Shown here in pieces: positions 1 to 13,493 of a stretch of DNA of 63,809 nucleotides. Both the position numbers and the translations under genes were made by a program. Source of the stretch: Sphaerodactylus townsendi (lineage: Eukaryota); the NCBI RefSeq assembly GCF_021028975.2, contig NC_059429.1, positions 78,182,192 to 78,246,000 on the forward strand, read 5' to 3'. Position 1 is the first letter of the stretch. Each line of letters begins with the position of its first letter. A model generated the notes under the pieces. That model was given only the letters and a program-made list of their open reading frames with translations. It made no database searches and was not told the origin of the DNA.

Positions 1-737
1 GCTGATTAGCACTTCCTTGTTAATTCAAACAAACCTGCAGCTAAAGGAGGTATCTACTGATGAGTTTTACCACTTAGACAGAGGCAATTAACAAACAGAT
101 ATATAAGATGCCCCCCAAACCCCTCTAACACATCAAAACTAAAAGAAAAATTCAGAGGAGTCACCTAAACTATCATTAAGCACTTTCAGTTGAGCAACTG
201 TGTAGTTATCAAAGGAACTCTAACATGCCTACTAGCTTAACAGAGGTATAAGAGGAAGAACCCTGTGGAAGTCTGTGGAAGTCTTTGCCTGTGGAAGAAC
301 CCTGCCAAAATCAATCCACAATGCTGGTGAAGCAGCTTCTAAGAAAATCAAGAGTAACACGAGCATGCAGAAAAGACTGGGATTAATGAAATTCCTGTTA
401 ATTAATTTTCCAGAAATAATTGATTTTGCATTGCTAATTGACCCTCCCCCACTTCCCAGAAAAATTAAAATCCCTCTTGGAAATATGGCAGCTAGACCTG
501 CAAGGAAGGTTGGTTACAGCTCTGGCTATAGAGCACAGGGCCATTTCATGCATTACAAAGGACTGCATGAGAATTTTGCATCAGATGTTCAAAAGGAGTT
601 TTTTCTTCCTCAGATTTAGGCCTGCCTTTCTCCCCTCACTACTGCAACGTGCAGGTAAAAGTAGTTTGAGCTTCTCACTCTGCCCCCCCCCCCCCCCACC
701 ATTTTCACTTCTTCAGACTGCCCCATGTGCAGCCACA

Positions 738-817
738 TACTCGAGTATAAGTCAACTTTTTCAGCATATTTTTAATGCTGAAAAAGCTCCCTTTGGCTTA
801 TACTTGAGTATATATGG
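738..817. mobile_element. Tc1/mariner (Tc2/pogo-like) terminal fragment or short MITE
   Basis: tactcgagtataag...cttatacttgagtatatatgg followed by TA; internally palindromic. Confidence 0.6.
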
Positions 818-1569
818 TAATTCCACGATGGCTGCTGGAGATGTGGCACATCGAGAAAGGAGATCACACCAGCTGTGGCAGAAGCATTTTGCCTGCATCC
901 AACTTTGAGCATTAAATTCACCATTCCCTTTTGTGTTTTTATGTAAAGCTAGGCTTGTAAATCCTCCAGTTTTGATAAAGCCACAGTCTTTGCAATTAGA
1001 GTTGCTCCATTGGTTCTGAATCACCCGTGGTTAGGTATTTTCCTGTGCCCTTTGAAAGTTTAGTTGTTTGTAGGACAGGCATGGCATCCTCTTGGAGAGA
1101 GATTCCATTGCACTTGAAGCATTTAAAGACTGCAAAATGCAAGTCAAGATTTGTTACTAGTAAATCAGATCAAGCTGAGTTTTTGTGCAAATTCCTCTCT
1201 GTAAAGCAGTACAAATTAAAGCTGAAAAGAGAGGGTCTTACAGTTCTAAGGACAGAAATACCCCCTGTGCTATTTAGCAAGGGTGGTAGGAGACAATGAG
1301 ACACTGTAGATCTTCCTAATGGCTAAATCTTACCTTTGAATAAAATAAGTCCCTGAAAATGCAAAGATAAAAGCGTACACTGTTCACAAGGTGGTGCTAG
1401 CAAACAGTATCTGCTTCCTTTAAAAACTGCCTTGCTTAATGACATTTTTAAAATTCTAGTGAGCCATTTTTGAGGGAGGCCTTGTGGGTACTCATAGTCT
1501 TTGGCATGAAGCAGCCAGGCAGTCTCCTTGCCTTCATCCTGTTCGTCTTCTGATCATGAAGATTGCTTT

Positions 1570-1760
1570 TAGTCAACTTTTCTTACAACCAGTAAGATAC
1601 CTTCATGAATTTTGTTGGTATCTATTTTATTTTTGAAATTTACCAGTAGCTGCTGCATTTCCCTAGACTTATACTCAAGTCAACAAGTTTCCCAGTTTTT
1701 TGTGATAAAATTAGGTCCCTCGACTTATATTCGGGTTGACCTATACTCGAGTATATATGG
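1570..1760. mobile_element. Tc1/mariner (Tc2/pogo-like) terminal fragment, same family as 738-817
   Basis: Repeated cttatactc(g/a)agt subterminal motifs ending tatactcgagtatatatgg plus TA; left boundary approximate. Confidence 0.6.
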
Positions 1761-2712
1761 TAATTAACATGCTTTCACAAACACAACCAATAGAAGTTCC
1801 ATGGGGCAGTTAGAGGTAGCAAAAAACGTGTGTGTCTGTGGGGGGGACTGAATAGCTTCTACCCACAATCTGAAGTAGCGAGGATAAAAGTCATGCCTTC
1901 ACTGGGAGCTACAAAACTCCCACTGGATATCAGATGGAAAATTCTTAGTTTTCCACCAACAAGCAGGAAGACTGAAAGAATAAAATGCAATCCCCCAATT
2001 GCTATGGAACAAATCTGAACTGGTTGTAAACCTGGAGCAGTAAGTTCCTTACTACACAATGGGTTTAGGATCCATTGTAAAAAAATTAAAACAACTAATT
2101 TTAATAGATTGCAAATAAAAGAAAACTGCCCTAATGCTTGTCCAGGGTATTGTAGTCAGGATTCAGTATAAAAAAGCTTGAAAACATCCCTAAGGAAAAC
2201 ATGTTACTAATAACCTGAGAAAATGGGAGGTCAGCCAAAACACTTCCTATCAATCTGTGCTTAAACTCTTGTTTCCAAGCTGTGTTAAATAATGTGTATT
2301 CCTTAGAGGAACAAAAATGCTTATCAAAAGCTGTAGTTGCTAAAAAAGAAAGGAAAGCAAAAGGCTACTTACAAATATTCAGTTTTTAAAAATCTCAGCC
2401 AAAGAAAGGCTAGGTTTTTTAAAAAAAATTAAACTGCTTAACAAAGCATTCACAAAATTTGGGAAAGGCTTACAAAGAGTTCCTTCACTCCTTCTCTCTG
2501 CTTGAACATCTGCAAATATAAGCATTTTGGAAATGAAGTTACATACATAGAAACAATGTTTTATAGAAATTTTTCTCTTCCAAGTTTCAAAGGCATTGGC
2601 ATCAGTGAAAAGTATTAAATGTACTTGTCTTGATTGCTTCAAAGAAGTTAAAGTTTATCTACTAGACCCCCTCAAAACTGAAGAGGGGGACATGAATGCT
2701 CTCTGACTAGAT

Positions 2713-2800
2713 CAGGGGTCTGCAACCTGCAGCTCTCCAGATATTCATGGACTACAATTCCCATCAGCCCCTGCCAGCATGGCCGATTGGCCATGCTGGC
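2713..2800. mobile_element. hAT MITE, left half
   Basis: Begins CAGGGGTCTGCAACC after actagat; near-identical to the left arm of the full copy at 51556-51681. Confidence 0.75.
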
Positions 2801-4300
2801 GAATAAAGTTTGCTAAACGTAATCAGGATTTGTAGCCAATCCATGAACCTCTGGAAACTGCAGGATTTAATTTCTTCACTTGGCAGTGGAAAAAAACACC
2901 CCTGTCACAGCAGCAGCTGCAAGTAAAGTTGCCAGGTCTTCCCTGACCACTGGTGGGAACATCATAAGGGCGGGATTGAGGCAGCAAGCTGCACATGCAG
3001 TGCAATCACGTCACTTCCAGATTTACTCTGAAAGTAATAGCATTGCACCAGGATGCTCTAGCACAGTCCTTATAAACTCTATAGAAACCATAGAGTTTTG
3101 GGGCAGAATGCCAGAGTGTCCTCATTGCCATGCTGGCGCTACCAGGGTAAACCCAGAAATGGCATCATCACACTGCACATGTGGATCACACTCACCACTT
3201 CAGCTGGCCTGCTTCTGCCCACCAACCAGCTGAGGAGTGGTAGGCAGCCTGGTTAATGTGGTAGGTGATTTCTGCCATTACTGGGTAAATGGGAACCTTA
3301 GCTGCAGGTGGGGCAGGGATGGAAGGAAAGGGTGCCCAAGTCACTTTCCTGTAGCGCTTGCTGCTGCTACCCCACCCCTTCCCATCTCGTTCCACAATTT
3401 CTGCACAAAAGGAGAGAGGCACTGGAGATTGTGCTGACCCTTCACTGCCTGGTAACATCCTCCTCCCCGCTCCCCCATTTCCCAGGTACCACCTGAGTCC
3501 CAGTATAAAGCTACACCAAGTTCAGCTGGGGGAAAAGCCCTTTAAAGGACTAAAGAAGGGCAAATTCAGTGTTGAACATTTCATCTGAATAGGTCCATTG
3601 TGTTTGTGATATAGGTGTAATTCAAGATATATGCTGCTACTTGTACGCTTCCACACAAGGATTTGTCCTAAATATAGACCAACATGTCCTAAATATAGAC
3701 CAACATTTGAAGGCATTTTCCATACAACATCTTGTTCAGTGTAAGTCCACCCATGGGCCTCCAGGAGCTTTCCCTTTCAAGATGGATCAAAGGAAAGGCT
3801 CATTTAGTCTGGTTCAAAAAGAGTACCTGTAGAGTATTCATGTGCCGTCTCTGCCTGTAGCCAGTAAGGGGATGGAGTGGAACTAAACTCTGCCTTCACA
3901 ATGGCAGTTTAGCTATTCATCCCACCCACCCCACCGCTCACTTTAGCCTTTAAAAGAAGTTTAATTTTCCCCCTAGCTGCAAGACACTTGTAGCTTTACA
4001 CCATAGTTCAGCTGAGAAGACAAAAGAAAACAAAGTGCTGCTGGGCTGCAGGGGACCTTGGCACAATTGTCACCCCATCAAAGCACAGACCCAAAGAGGA
4101 TAGGTGGCAGATGAACAAGGTGGCAATAACACGGCTAGTAAAGGGAACAGACAGGGTATGTGGAAGTCATTCTTGCTTGTTTCCACCCTATTTGCTACTG
4201 CTGCCAAAGTGGGGAGTTTGTGAGGAAGTAGCCGTCAGCTGACCAATGATGAAGGTTGTAAGATACAAGTTCTGGTCAGAGCTACGGCAAGGATGAGCAC

Positions 4301-4480
4301 TAGGGTTGCCAGCTTCCAGTTCTCCCAGAATTCCATACTACACAGAGCAATTTCCCTGGAAAAAATGGCAGTTTCAGGGTGGACTTTATGGCCTCTCATT
4401 CCTGGTGATCCCTTTCCGTTCACCAAACCCTGCCCTCCTCAGGTTATGTCCCCAAATCTCCAGGAATTTCTCAACATGAA
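4301..4480. mobile_element. Degenerate non-autonomous DNA element (TAGGGTTGCC-end family)
   Basis: Starts tagggttgccag; related segments at about 2925-3090, 9890-10102, 13720-13900 and 50760-51118. Confidence 0.5.
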
Positions 4481-5512
4481 ATTCAATACTTATGAGCACA
4501 CAGGTGTAAAAATTAGGTCTCTAACAAAAAAGATACCGTTTGTTTTAAAAAGTGACTATTTCTGTACTTAAGCTTGTTAATGCTAAGTACCAGTTTCAGA
4601 TGACCATTGTTTGTGCGGCTTTCTGCATTAGATAAGATGGTTCTGTGGGCTTGTACTGTTTTGACTGATGTTGCTTTTCCCTATTGAATATATGTGACTG
4701 CTGTCAACACTTTATTACTGTTGTCGTGACTGATGACTACTACAGCAAAACCTTTATGACTAGTAGCTTATGGCCTTTATGCAGCACAACAATGCATTAA
4801 GTGAGTTTTTCTAGAATCTTCTAAGGCACCTTTTTCATATCTACCGTAACACAAGTTTATTGTTTAATTTTTAGTTATGAGGCATAGGCACAAAACTGAT
4901 AGTATAGAGAAATGCAAAAATCTTTGCCTCTCCTACCAAACTTCAGTAGCTCGTTTTATTTAGCTCACTGTGAGACTTTATCAGTAAAATAATTCCTTGG
5001 CTTATCAGGCACTTAAATGAGAAGAAATTCCACTAGTTCCCTTCAGAAGATGATCCCAGCCCCTAAGAGAAGCAATAACAGCTCCAGCCCTTTAGTCTAA
5101 ATGCTTTTCTTCTGCTATATTTCAGTCCTGTCCACACCTTCCCTGCTTAGTTAAAAGCACAGATAGTTGTAAAATGAGAGTGAAATCAAGTGTGCAGATT
5201 TGGCCATGTTTCTACCTGTGCCACAGAGAGTAACACACAACAGACATATGTCTAACTTTGCTCCTCCCTATATTTCTAACTTCTTTGGACATTATCTCAA
5301 AAATAACCATAAACAGGCTGCATCATTAACTGATGTAAAATAATGGTGTTGATTCCTGTTTACCTGGACTCTAGTTATTCAGAACATCTTGATCATTTTC
5401 TTTGTCTTTTGAGCTCCACCCTGAACAGAATCTCTCTCCTTTCCCAAGATTACTACTCAAGCAGATGGACCCACTCCAATCAATCCTTTAAAAAGAAAAA
5501 CTGATAATACCG

Positions 5513-5632
5513 CATGGACGTAGCTCCAAGGGGGCAGAGGAGTGCGTGACACACCAGGCGAGGGCATTCTGGGAGCATGGCGGGGGCGTTCTTGGGCGGG
5601 AGAGGGAACTTTTCCCCCTTGCTATGTCTCTG
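5513..5632. mobile_element. Short hAT-like MITE
   Basis: Imperfect TIRs catggacgtagc...gctatgtctctg around a GC-rich interior. Confidence 0.5.
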
Positions 5633-6825
5633 ACCGCACAATAGGGTGAGAGAAGAATTTGAGCTGCTTTGGGTAGCTGGTTATGGGTGTTATTTGAGTT
5701 ATGTCAGTGCATTATAAGCATCAAGAATGATAATTTAAAATGCTGGCTAATTGCCTTGGCCTCTAAGGATATAGTAGAAGGGGCAAAGTACAGCAATACT
5801 GCAATATCTTGAAATCATTCATATTCAACATTAATAGATTGTTATGATATCTGGTAGAAAATATACAGATGGAGAAGTGATTTGTACACATTATCAGAAA
5901 TATTTCCATTATATATTTTGAAAGCTGTTCACTTTCCTTACCTGCTGCTGTATCACACAATCTCCATTGTTTTTAAAAGGTAAAACACCCCATCTTTGCT
6001 ATCTAATAGTACAGGGCGGGACATAATGCTAGTGATGCTAGATTTGGTCTAAAGGTGCAGGGGTTTTTTGCTAGCAAAATTCCATGAAAACTAAATGGAC
6101 AGTGATAAACCACTGGTGACAGATTTACTTAGGCGACTTTATCTAATGCTCATGGGTGTTGCCCACTGAGCCCCTTACTCTTTTAGGGCCTATGCAGCCA
6201 GAGGTACAGGCAGGCATCATCTTGATTAAAACCAGAGAATCATGATAGGAAATGAATGAAATTATATGCCATTTCTTGAGGAGACAACGTGTCCCTGTGA
6301 GAAACTCACAACCTCTAATCAAGGGCATGTGAGGCCAAATTGAATGGACAGTGCCTATGGGACTATAATTTTACATTCCCATTCCATCAAGAGTATCCCT
6401 CAAAATAAAAACTTGCTTATTAATCAAATCAAGTCATTAATCAACAGCAAATAATATCTTTGCCCCATTGGCATTCCCTTTGAAGTAACTGAAATGCCCT
6501 GAAAATCTGGAATGTGCTGGGGTCTCCCTTCAATGGCCCTACAGCTGTGAATTTTAAATGTATAAGAACCTCCCATTTAGTTGGCGCTTTAGAGTCACTC
6601 ACTTCTCTTCAGTTCTACATCACTGGCACTTCAGGACACCCCTTCATCTCCCAATTTCACTATTTCAAATCAGACAACATATGTGTATTTCACCCTCTTT
6701 TTCCCAAATCTGTCCTTCTCCCTCTCTCTTTCTCTCTCAGCCATCCTTGGTTCCTCCAAAGTTATTGTCAAAGGATCTCTCAGCTAATTTTATCTTCCAT
6801 GTTGAGGCTGAGGGAAGTCACTCAC

Positions 6826-6901
6826 CTCATAGACATTGAACTGGCTCTGTCCTCGTGCCAGTTCTCGATAGCTGGTTGTAAACTCCCCAATGAAATCATG
6901 G
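6826..6901 (-). CDS. CPNE5: Copine-5 coding exon, 76 nt, phase 2 to 0: [25 protein letters not shown]
   Basis: ttttccactaacag acceptor, gtgagt donor. The next expected exon (V.NPKKK...) was not found in 1-6825, so the gene continues beyond the window. Confidence 0.96.
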
Positions 6902-6944
6902 CTGTTAGTGGAAAAAAAATGCTGTGAGAAGTATATAATTTCTT

Positions 6945-7137
6945 NNNNNNNNNNNNNNNNNNNNNNNNNNNNNNNNNNNNNNNNNNNNNNNNNNNNNNNN
7001 NNNNNNNNNNNNNNNNNNNNNNNNNNNNNNNNNNNNNNNNNNNNNNNNNNNNNNNNNNNNNNNNNNNNNNNNNNNNNNNNNNNNNNNNNNNNNNNNNNNN
7101 NNNNNNNNNNNNNNNNNNNNNNNNNNNNNNNNNNNNN
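6945..7137. other. Assembly gap (N run)
   Basis: 193 N. Confidence 1.
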
Positions 7138-7637
7138 CCAGCCAACTAGCCAGGTAATATACATGGGATTCCCATGAAGCCTCCCGCCAGAGCCAGCCCT
7201 GTTCATCTTCCACAAGACTGCTGCATCAGGTGTCTTCAGATAATGTCTTAGCCCAGAAAAAAGACTCTTCTTTGTCTTCTCTTCTGGATGGGTACCTTTT
7301 ATAACTGAATAACTTTTCTAACCAAAAGTCCATCAAATAAGTGACAAACTACTTTTTCAAGAGTTCTTTCCCTTCCTCAATCTGTGAATTTTGTGTATTA
7401 CTGGGAGGGGATGTTTAGAGAAATGCAGGGAGCTGCACTGGTGGCTGAGTGAGTCTTTATGATCTGTAGTACTACAAGAGCCATCTTTTGTATGGGCCTT
7501 CAATGTCTTTAAAGTGCGTTAGAACATACAATAGGACTACAAACCCCTGTACAATTTCTTATGTTTTAATCCAACTGTTACCTGCCAGAAATTTTAAAAG
7601 GTTTTTTTAAAAAATAGAAGTCTTTGAATACACTTAC

Positions 7638-7679
7638 CTGCCATCTCGGTCCCAGTCATACACTTCCACTTTTATAGTT
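7638..7679 (-). CDS. CPNE5: Copine-5 coding exon, 42 nt, phase 2 to 2: TIKVEVYDWDRDG(S)
   Basis: tttttcag acceptor, gtaagt donor; YDWD motif; not in the ORF track. Confidence 0.96.
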
Positions 7680-9249
7680 CTGAAAAATATGACAATAAAA
7701 GGTCATTCTCAAAACAAGTAGCTTTTTCTGTTGTTATTGTCTCTTCCTTTCTCTCTGTGGAAAATGTCAAGCTGCACATAGGAGATAAAATTCAGCCTCC
7801 AAAGAAAAGCCCAGACAAACAAGAAACCAAGGTGGGATTTTATATGTGTTTGTATAGATTCCTTAGATTTACAAAACATGTTAGAAATTTTTAAATTAAA
7901 CATCTCATTGACTTTTCCTGCTTAATTTTCGGAGGAGTATTGATGCAATTTCTTTTCTTTTGGATCTGGAGCTGTGAACAAAACGCTTTGAATAGACAAA
8001 TTCTCTTAATTTCCCCCAGGAATCCTTGTGCAGCTTGAACCATCATTAACAGGGAAGTCCACAGTGACAGTGTCCATGAACTTCAGTTTTGTATCAGTTA
8101 ACCCAGACAGCTAAAGGCAATTGTGGCTGACAAAGATGCCAGGTGAACTCAGTGTTCCTGGGAAGACTATGGAAGTGGCCAAGATCACAACCCTCCCCCT
8201 CACCTCTTAATTGTGTCAGACTGTTGTCCAAAAATGCCCATGGCTAGCTGGCTTTTTAAACTCCAGCTAGAGGAGTGACAGTGATTAATTTGCCTGTGGC
8301 TGTCTGGATGTTGATGGGTGACATTTGAATTCCCAGGGGTAATGGAGTGAGCAAAAAAAGTCAGTTCACGCTTTGAGTTCCAGTTGGATCTCATTTGCAA
8401 AGACTGTGCCACATCCCCAGTGACCTTTGGAATTGCTTTCTACAATTTTTCTGTGCCTCGGCAAACCAGCCAATCTGCCAACCAAATTATTGCTCTGGCC
8501 AGTTAGCTGCAGAAAATGAACAGGTTATAAAAGCACAGGATATAAAGAAGGCTGACCCCAATTTTTAGAAATATAAAGCTTACAGTCAGAATTACTATGC
8601 CTGAAAGCCACAGAAGGGATAGGCAGCCCAATAAGTGTGTAGCTCCAGAACAATTAAAAAAACACTTAGGATGAAAAAATGAAGCTACACATTTAACAAA
8701 GTATTTAATAGGCTCAAGAAACTCAGCAAACTGATAGATACATCTTCTGTGAAGTAAGAGCAGAGCTAAAAAAAGGAGTCAGAAGTCTAGTGCTATATTA
8801 CATTCATGGCAAGAAGCATAACCACATTCGGACGTAGCAAGGAGACTGCAGCAGCCAACATGATCCAAGGATGATGGTTGCACTCACATCAAGAAGCCAA
8901 ACAGCAGGTGCATTCCCATGTGGCAAAGGGGAGCCAGCATGGCTTATGAATGGCTCAACTCAGATTGGATGTTTGCATAGAAAGATCACTAATCCTTCAG
9001 GGCCATTTAAACAGCTGTTGAGTTTAAGATTTTGCCCAGTATTAATGATTTCTCCCCACAAGCAATGGATGTGTTCCAAAGAATACACTTAAAGCCAATG
9101 ACATTCTGACTTCTGCCAAGAGCAGCAAATCAGAGAGGGGAAACTAGGAATAGAATTTAATAAAAAGTGGTGTTAAAGGAGACAACACATAGCACAAATT
9201 ATATGGCAGTGGCAGAAGCAAGGATATTTATACAAGGGTAGTGTCTTTT

Positions 9250-9460
9250 TTTCTGTCAAGTCACATCTGACTTATGGCAACCCCTCAGGGAGTTTTCAAG
9301 GAAACAGATATTCAGAGGTGGTTTGCTATTGTCTACCTCCACATCACTACCCTGGTATTTCTTGGAGGTCTCCCATCCAAATGCTTACCAAAGTTGACCC
9401 TACTTAACTTCTGAGATCTGATGAAATCAGGCAAGCCTGGACTGGCTATCCAATTCAGGG
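9250..9460 (-). mobile_element. 5S rRNA-derived SINE (5S-Sauria-like)
   Basis: Minus strand gcctgatttcatcagatctcagaagttaagtaggg...ttggatgggagacctccaagaaatacc resembles the 5S internal control region, followed by a non-5S tail with gcaaaccacc. Confidence 0.75.
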
Positions 9461-9511
9461 CTGGCAGTGCCTTGCTGGTGTCAAATAAATGGTCACCCAA
9501 CAAATAAATAA

Positions 9512-9797
9512 TTGTGGTGGGTTTTCTGGGCTGTGTGGGCATGGTCTGGTAGGTCTTGTTCCTAACATTTCACCTGCAACTGTGGCTGGCATCTTCAGAG
9601 GTGCATCACATAGGGAAATCTGTTTCACACTGTATCTAGTGAGAAGGGAAAGTTTAGTGAGGTATATTGTGTCTAGTGAGAAGGGAAAGTTTAGTGGGGT
9701 ATACTGTCCACGTCCCAGGGTGGAGAACCAATCAGTAAGTGTTTGGGTGTAACTTGCTATGCACCCAAACACTTACTGATTGGTGAAAGCCTTCAAC
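9512..9797 (-). mobile_element. Penelope-like element terminal-repeat fragment with a short inverted segment
   Basis: Reverse complement of 60310-60545; internal tandem duplication of tctagtgagaagggaaagtttagtg; 23-bp inverted repeat at its right end. Confidence 0.8.
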
Positions 9798-10981
9798 AAA
9801 TAATACTGATCTTTTTCCAAATTCCAAATGTCATTCCAGGCATGAACTCAATGGTCCTTAGGCAGGTCTACTGAAACCAAAACTTGTAGTGTAGTTTGCC
9901 AGCTATAAAGTATCTGGATATTTTAGGGGTGGAGCCCGGAGAGGGTGGGTTTAAGAAGGGGAAGGACTTCAGTAGGTTATAATGCCTTAGAGCCCACCCT
10001 CCAAAGCAGCCATTTTCTCCAGAGGAACTGACCTTGGTCATCTGGAGATCAATTGTAATAGTGGGAGATATCCAGGTACCACCTGGAAGTTGGGAATCCT
10101 AAGTGTATGTGACTGAAGATTAAGACTACCAAGGAAAACCTGGTAATATTCAATAATATTTTATAGAAAATATTGTTTTCTTAGAAAGATACAAATACAG
10201 TAAATACTTGGTTCACTGGTTCAGGCATTCACTGAACTAGGAATATGAAGGTACTGCATTCCTCTTTTTTATCCAGTACTGTTTATGTAACAGCTCTTTT
10301 TCTGTTTCATGGCTTCCAAAGAAAAGCAGTTCCTTTCTCAGCATCTGCACAGAATATTATGGGGTTAGCCTCTAACCTTACCCCTTACCCACCTAACTGA
10401 CCATGGGTATTGGTCATGCATTGCAGTGCCTGACTGCAGAAGTACTGACAATCTCTTCTATGGGGTTGAGGAATACACAGCTTTGATTTGCTAGGTGGGA
10501 TAGGAGGGAGTGCTTAGAGAGACAATCAGTATTTATATCATCTGGAAAAGCAGCGGGACAATATCAAGCAATTGTGAATTAAAGCCTTCACAGGGAGAAA
10601 TACTGAAGTTATATCTGACATGCTGCTTTGGAACATGCAGGTTTGAACATATCTCACAAATCTGCTCTTTGTAAAGGCAGAAACTGGGCTGAGGTTGGAA
10701 GACAGTTTATGTCTATGTGCCTAATTGAGGCTACTATACTGAACAGAGCAGCATATCTGAAGCAATTCCAGACCCTGTTATAGGTATCTTTAGTTTCTCA
10801 CTCCTGCCCAAATTCCTGATCTTTACATAGTCAGTGTTTGCAGCTGCCAGGTTCCCCAGCTGCCATGTAAACCACTGGCAAGGAAAAGGCTGATTTTTAA
10901 AGCATACTTTCAATCAGGAAACAGAATGAATGGAAGATTGTGTTGTCTTGATCTGTGACTAGCTTGGTCCCAATGCCACAT

Positions 10982-10995
10982 GTTTCCATGGCAAC
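10982..10995. promoter_or_regulatory. RFX X-box motif GTTTCCATGGCAAC
   Basis: 13/14 match to the palindromic GTTGCCATGGCAAC consensus, in apparently non-repetitive intron sequence. Motif match only. Confidence 0.45.
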
Positions 10996-12170
10996 TAAAG
11001 CTAAAAATATACTGCCTAAAAATTGGGGGGGGGGGGGTGTTAGGCCCACGCAGCAGTCAAAACAAACTAATTAAAGACCCAGTGCAGGAATCGCACAGAT
11101 AATGAAAAAAAGTAACTTTAATCATTTGTTTGGACTTGTTCAAAAGCAGATGAACAAGTTAAAAGATGGAGGGAAATAATTTGTTCCAGAGGCAGAATGC
11201 TGAAAATTTTACCACCTAATATTTTTGGAGTAGATTATTTGTCTAAAATAGGATGAGGCTCAAGGTATCCAATATAGATGAGATTGCCACGCAATTACTT
11301 TGGGTAGAAGACTGGGATCATGCACTCATATACTTCAGAATATCAGAATAATCAGATAGCAGGATATAATTGTAATCTTTCCCCTCAAAACCCCACTTTG
11401 CTTTAGCAAATTGTTGAAAGAGGGTCCACTTATGCTTGTACTCATCTAGGTGACCTATCAAATGCTAAAAGGACAGAAAATCCAAAAGTGCAATGAGAAA
11501 TCATTAACACTAACCATCAAACTTTCCTCAAGGAACACATTGCAATAGTCTAGCAACAAATTAAAAACACATCAACACATTCACAAGGAATGATAAAATA
11601 AGTCTGATACTCCCTCATATGTTGTCTTGTTAATGATCTATCAGGCAACTAGAAACAAGATCCCAAGTCCCACAAAAGAGTTAATATAGAAGAGGTGGCT
11701 AAAAGACTTAGAAGACTTCAGCCCCTTTCAAAAAGCACTCATAATCCATTTGAACAGCTGGTAGCTAAGGGAAGTTTCTGTAATTTCAGACACAAACATT
11801 TTGACTCCCAGCTGCTAACGGATTTTTTTTTACCTTTTCTGACAAAGCTGCTTATGTCCCTTTGGCATCCTGGGGCTCAGCCTTTTTTAAATGAAAACTG
11901 CTTTCTCCTGTTTTCAGTTCTTCCTTGAGTGTCTGAATCACGGCAGCGTGCTATTTAAAATGTCTGGAGCACTTCTGAAAAGAGCACACCTCTTGCCTTC
12001 TTGCATGGGGTGTTTTTTCCCCCAGCTTTTAAAAAATGTTTTAAGATTAATGTTATATCACCAGTATTTATGTATTGAACTGTGATGGTACTATAGTTAA
12101 AATCTCAGAACAGATTTAAGTGTATCTGAACTAATTTATGATTCTTGTAAGAACAGATTAGAGAATCTTG

Positions 12171-12651
12171 GGCCCTTTCTGCACGGGTGGAATAGAGTGC
12201 CCTAGGGATGGCAAAAACACCGTCCCTGGGGAAGCGTTCACACAGGAGGTGCTGCTGCGAAGCGCTGTAAACCTCACTTGTTGAGCGAGGTTTTTGAAAA
12301 GCGCTGTCTTCCAGCCGGCACGGTGCGAACCGCACTGCTGGGAAGACGCCGTTTCCCCCCTCCCCTTCACTCACCGTCCCATCCAGTGTCACTCTGGAGG
12401 ACTGGGGAACATGCCCACGCTGCCCTCTGACCTCCAGGGGTCGGAGGCAGCATGGGTGTGTCCCTCCAACTGCGCTGGAAATGGGAGACAGTGAGTGAAG
12501 AATAATAGAGAGGTAACTCGGAGCCACCTCTCCCGTCTGGAGGCGAAAGAGTCAGGAACGCTCGCACGCTGCTGTGAGAGCAGTCCTTGAGCCTCCACCG
12601 ACACAATTCATGCCAGTGGAGGGCCGTTTCCGTGTGTGTGCGGAAACAGCC
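12171..12651. mobile_element. PIF/Harbinger-type MITE
   Basis: TIRs ggccctttctgcac / gtgcggaaacagcc with a 3-bp TSD ttg on both sides. Confidence 0.8.
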
Positions 12652-13493
12652 TTGGAGGCAAGGCAGGATGACTACCTAATAGATACATTGATTACTTTGA
12701 ATATGAAGCACCCCACCATCTCTGCAGATATACATATTTGCATATTTACTCAGAAGTAAGTTTTACTGAGTTTACTGAGTTCAATAGGCTCATTCCAAAA
12801 TAAGTGTGTGCACAGGATTACAACCACCAGGAAACCCCCAAAAAAACATACTGGAGTGGAGAAATCAAAGAGGAGTAACGCATAAAAAGTGGGTGGAGGG
12901 AGAGACAGAAGGAAGGAAGAACAATGCACCCCGCCAGGTCACTTGTGAGAATAGGAATATTGCTATAGAGAATCTGGCAGCCCAGATTCTCTACAGTTTG
13001 GGGAAAGGGACTGAGACTCAAGGAGCTAAGATCAGTAGTAATAAGAAAAAAAGGACCTAGAACAAGAGGCCGGTAAATTTTGTTGGCGCCGACAGGGTTG
13101 GAACGATTTTGAGGTCACCTCTTCAGCGGGCGGGGACGGCGGACGTAGGCAATTAAAATCCACAGTATTATAGCAGAAGCCATTAAAACAAAGAGGACTC
13201 TTTAGACACCAAGCTTTTCTCACAGCTCTCTGTAAAGCCAGGATGCACATTCTGAACTATAAAAATGCTACTCCATCGTGGAGTCTCCATGTCCTCCTCT
13301 TCCTTTCCTTTTCAGGACTTCTTTACAAGATTCCCCATCACCCACAATGGACAACTCTTCCCCCACATCCTTTCCACTTTTCTTGTTAGAGTTCAGGAAG
13401 AGGATGCCCCTGGATACTTGCCCTGCTCAGCAGTTTTTGGTTCCTTAAAAAAGACCAGTCCTGGTATTCATCCCAACTCCCCTTCACTGCGCA

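Noticed and set aside
761-1299. Transposase ORF between the two Tc2-like ends
   Set aside because: Both ends face the same way, and no DDE/D or HTH-like translation was found.
3663-3705. Short tandem duplications (also about 19890-19958 and 17536-17572)
   Set aside because: Ordinary slippage products with no further structure.
5364-5420. AG/GT-bounded, lysine-rich 57-nt segment on the minus strand, considered as the next CPNE5 exon
   Set aside because: It has an in-frame TGA, a purine-rich acceptor, and does not match the expected V.NPKKK.KKKKY.NSG peptide.
9330-9450. 5S rRNA gene
   Set aside because: Diverged, truncated and joined to a retroposon tail, so a SINE rather than an rRNA gene.
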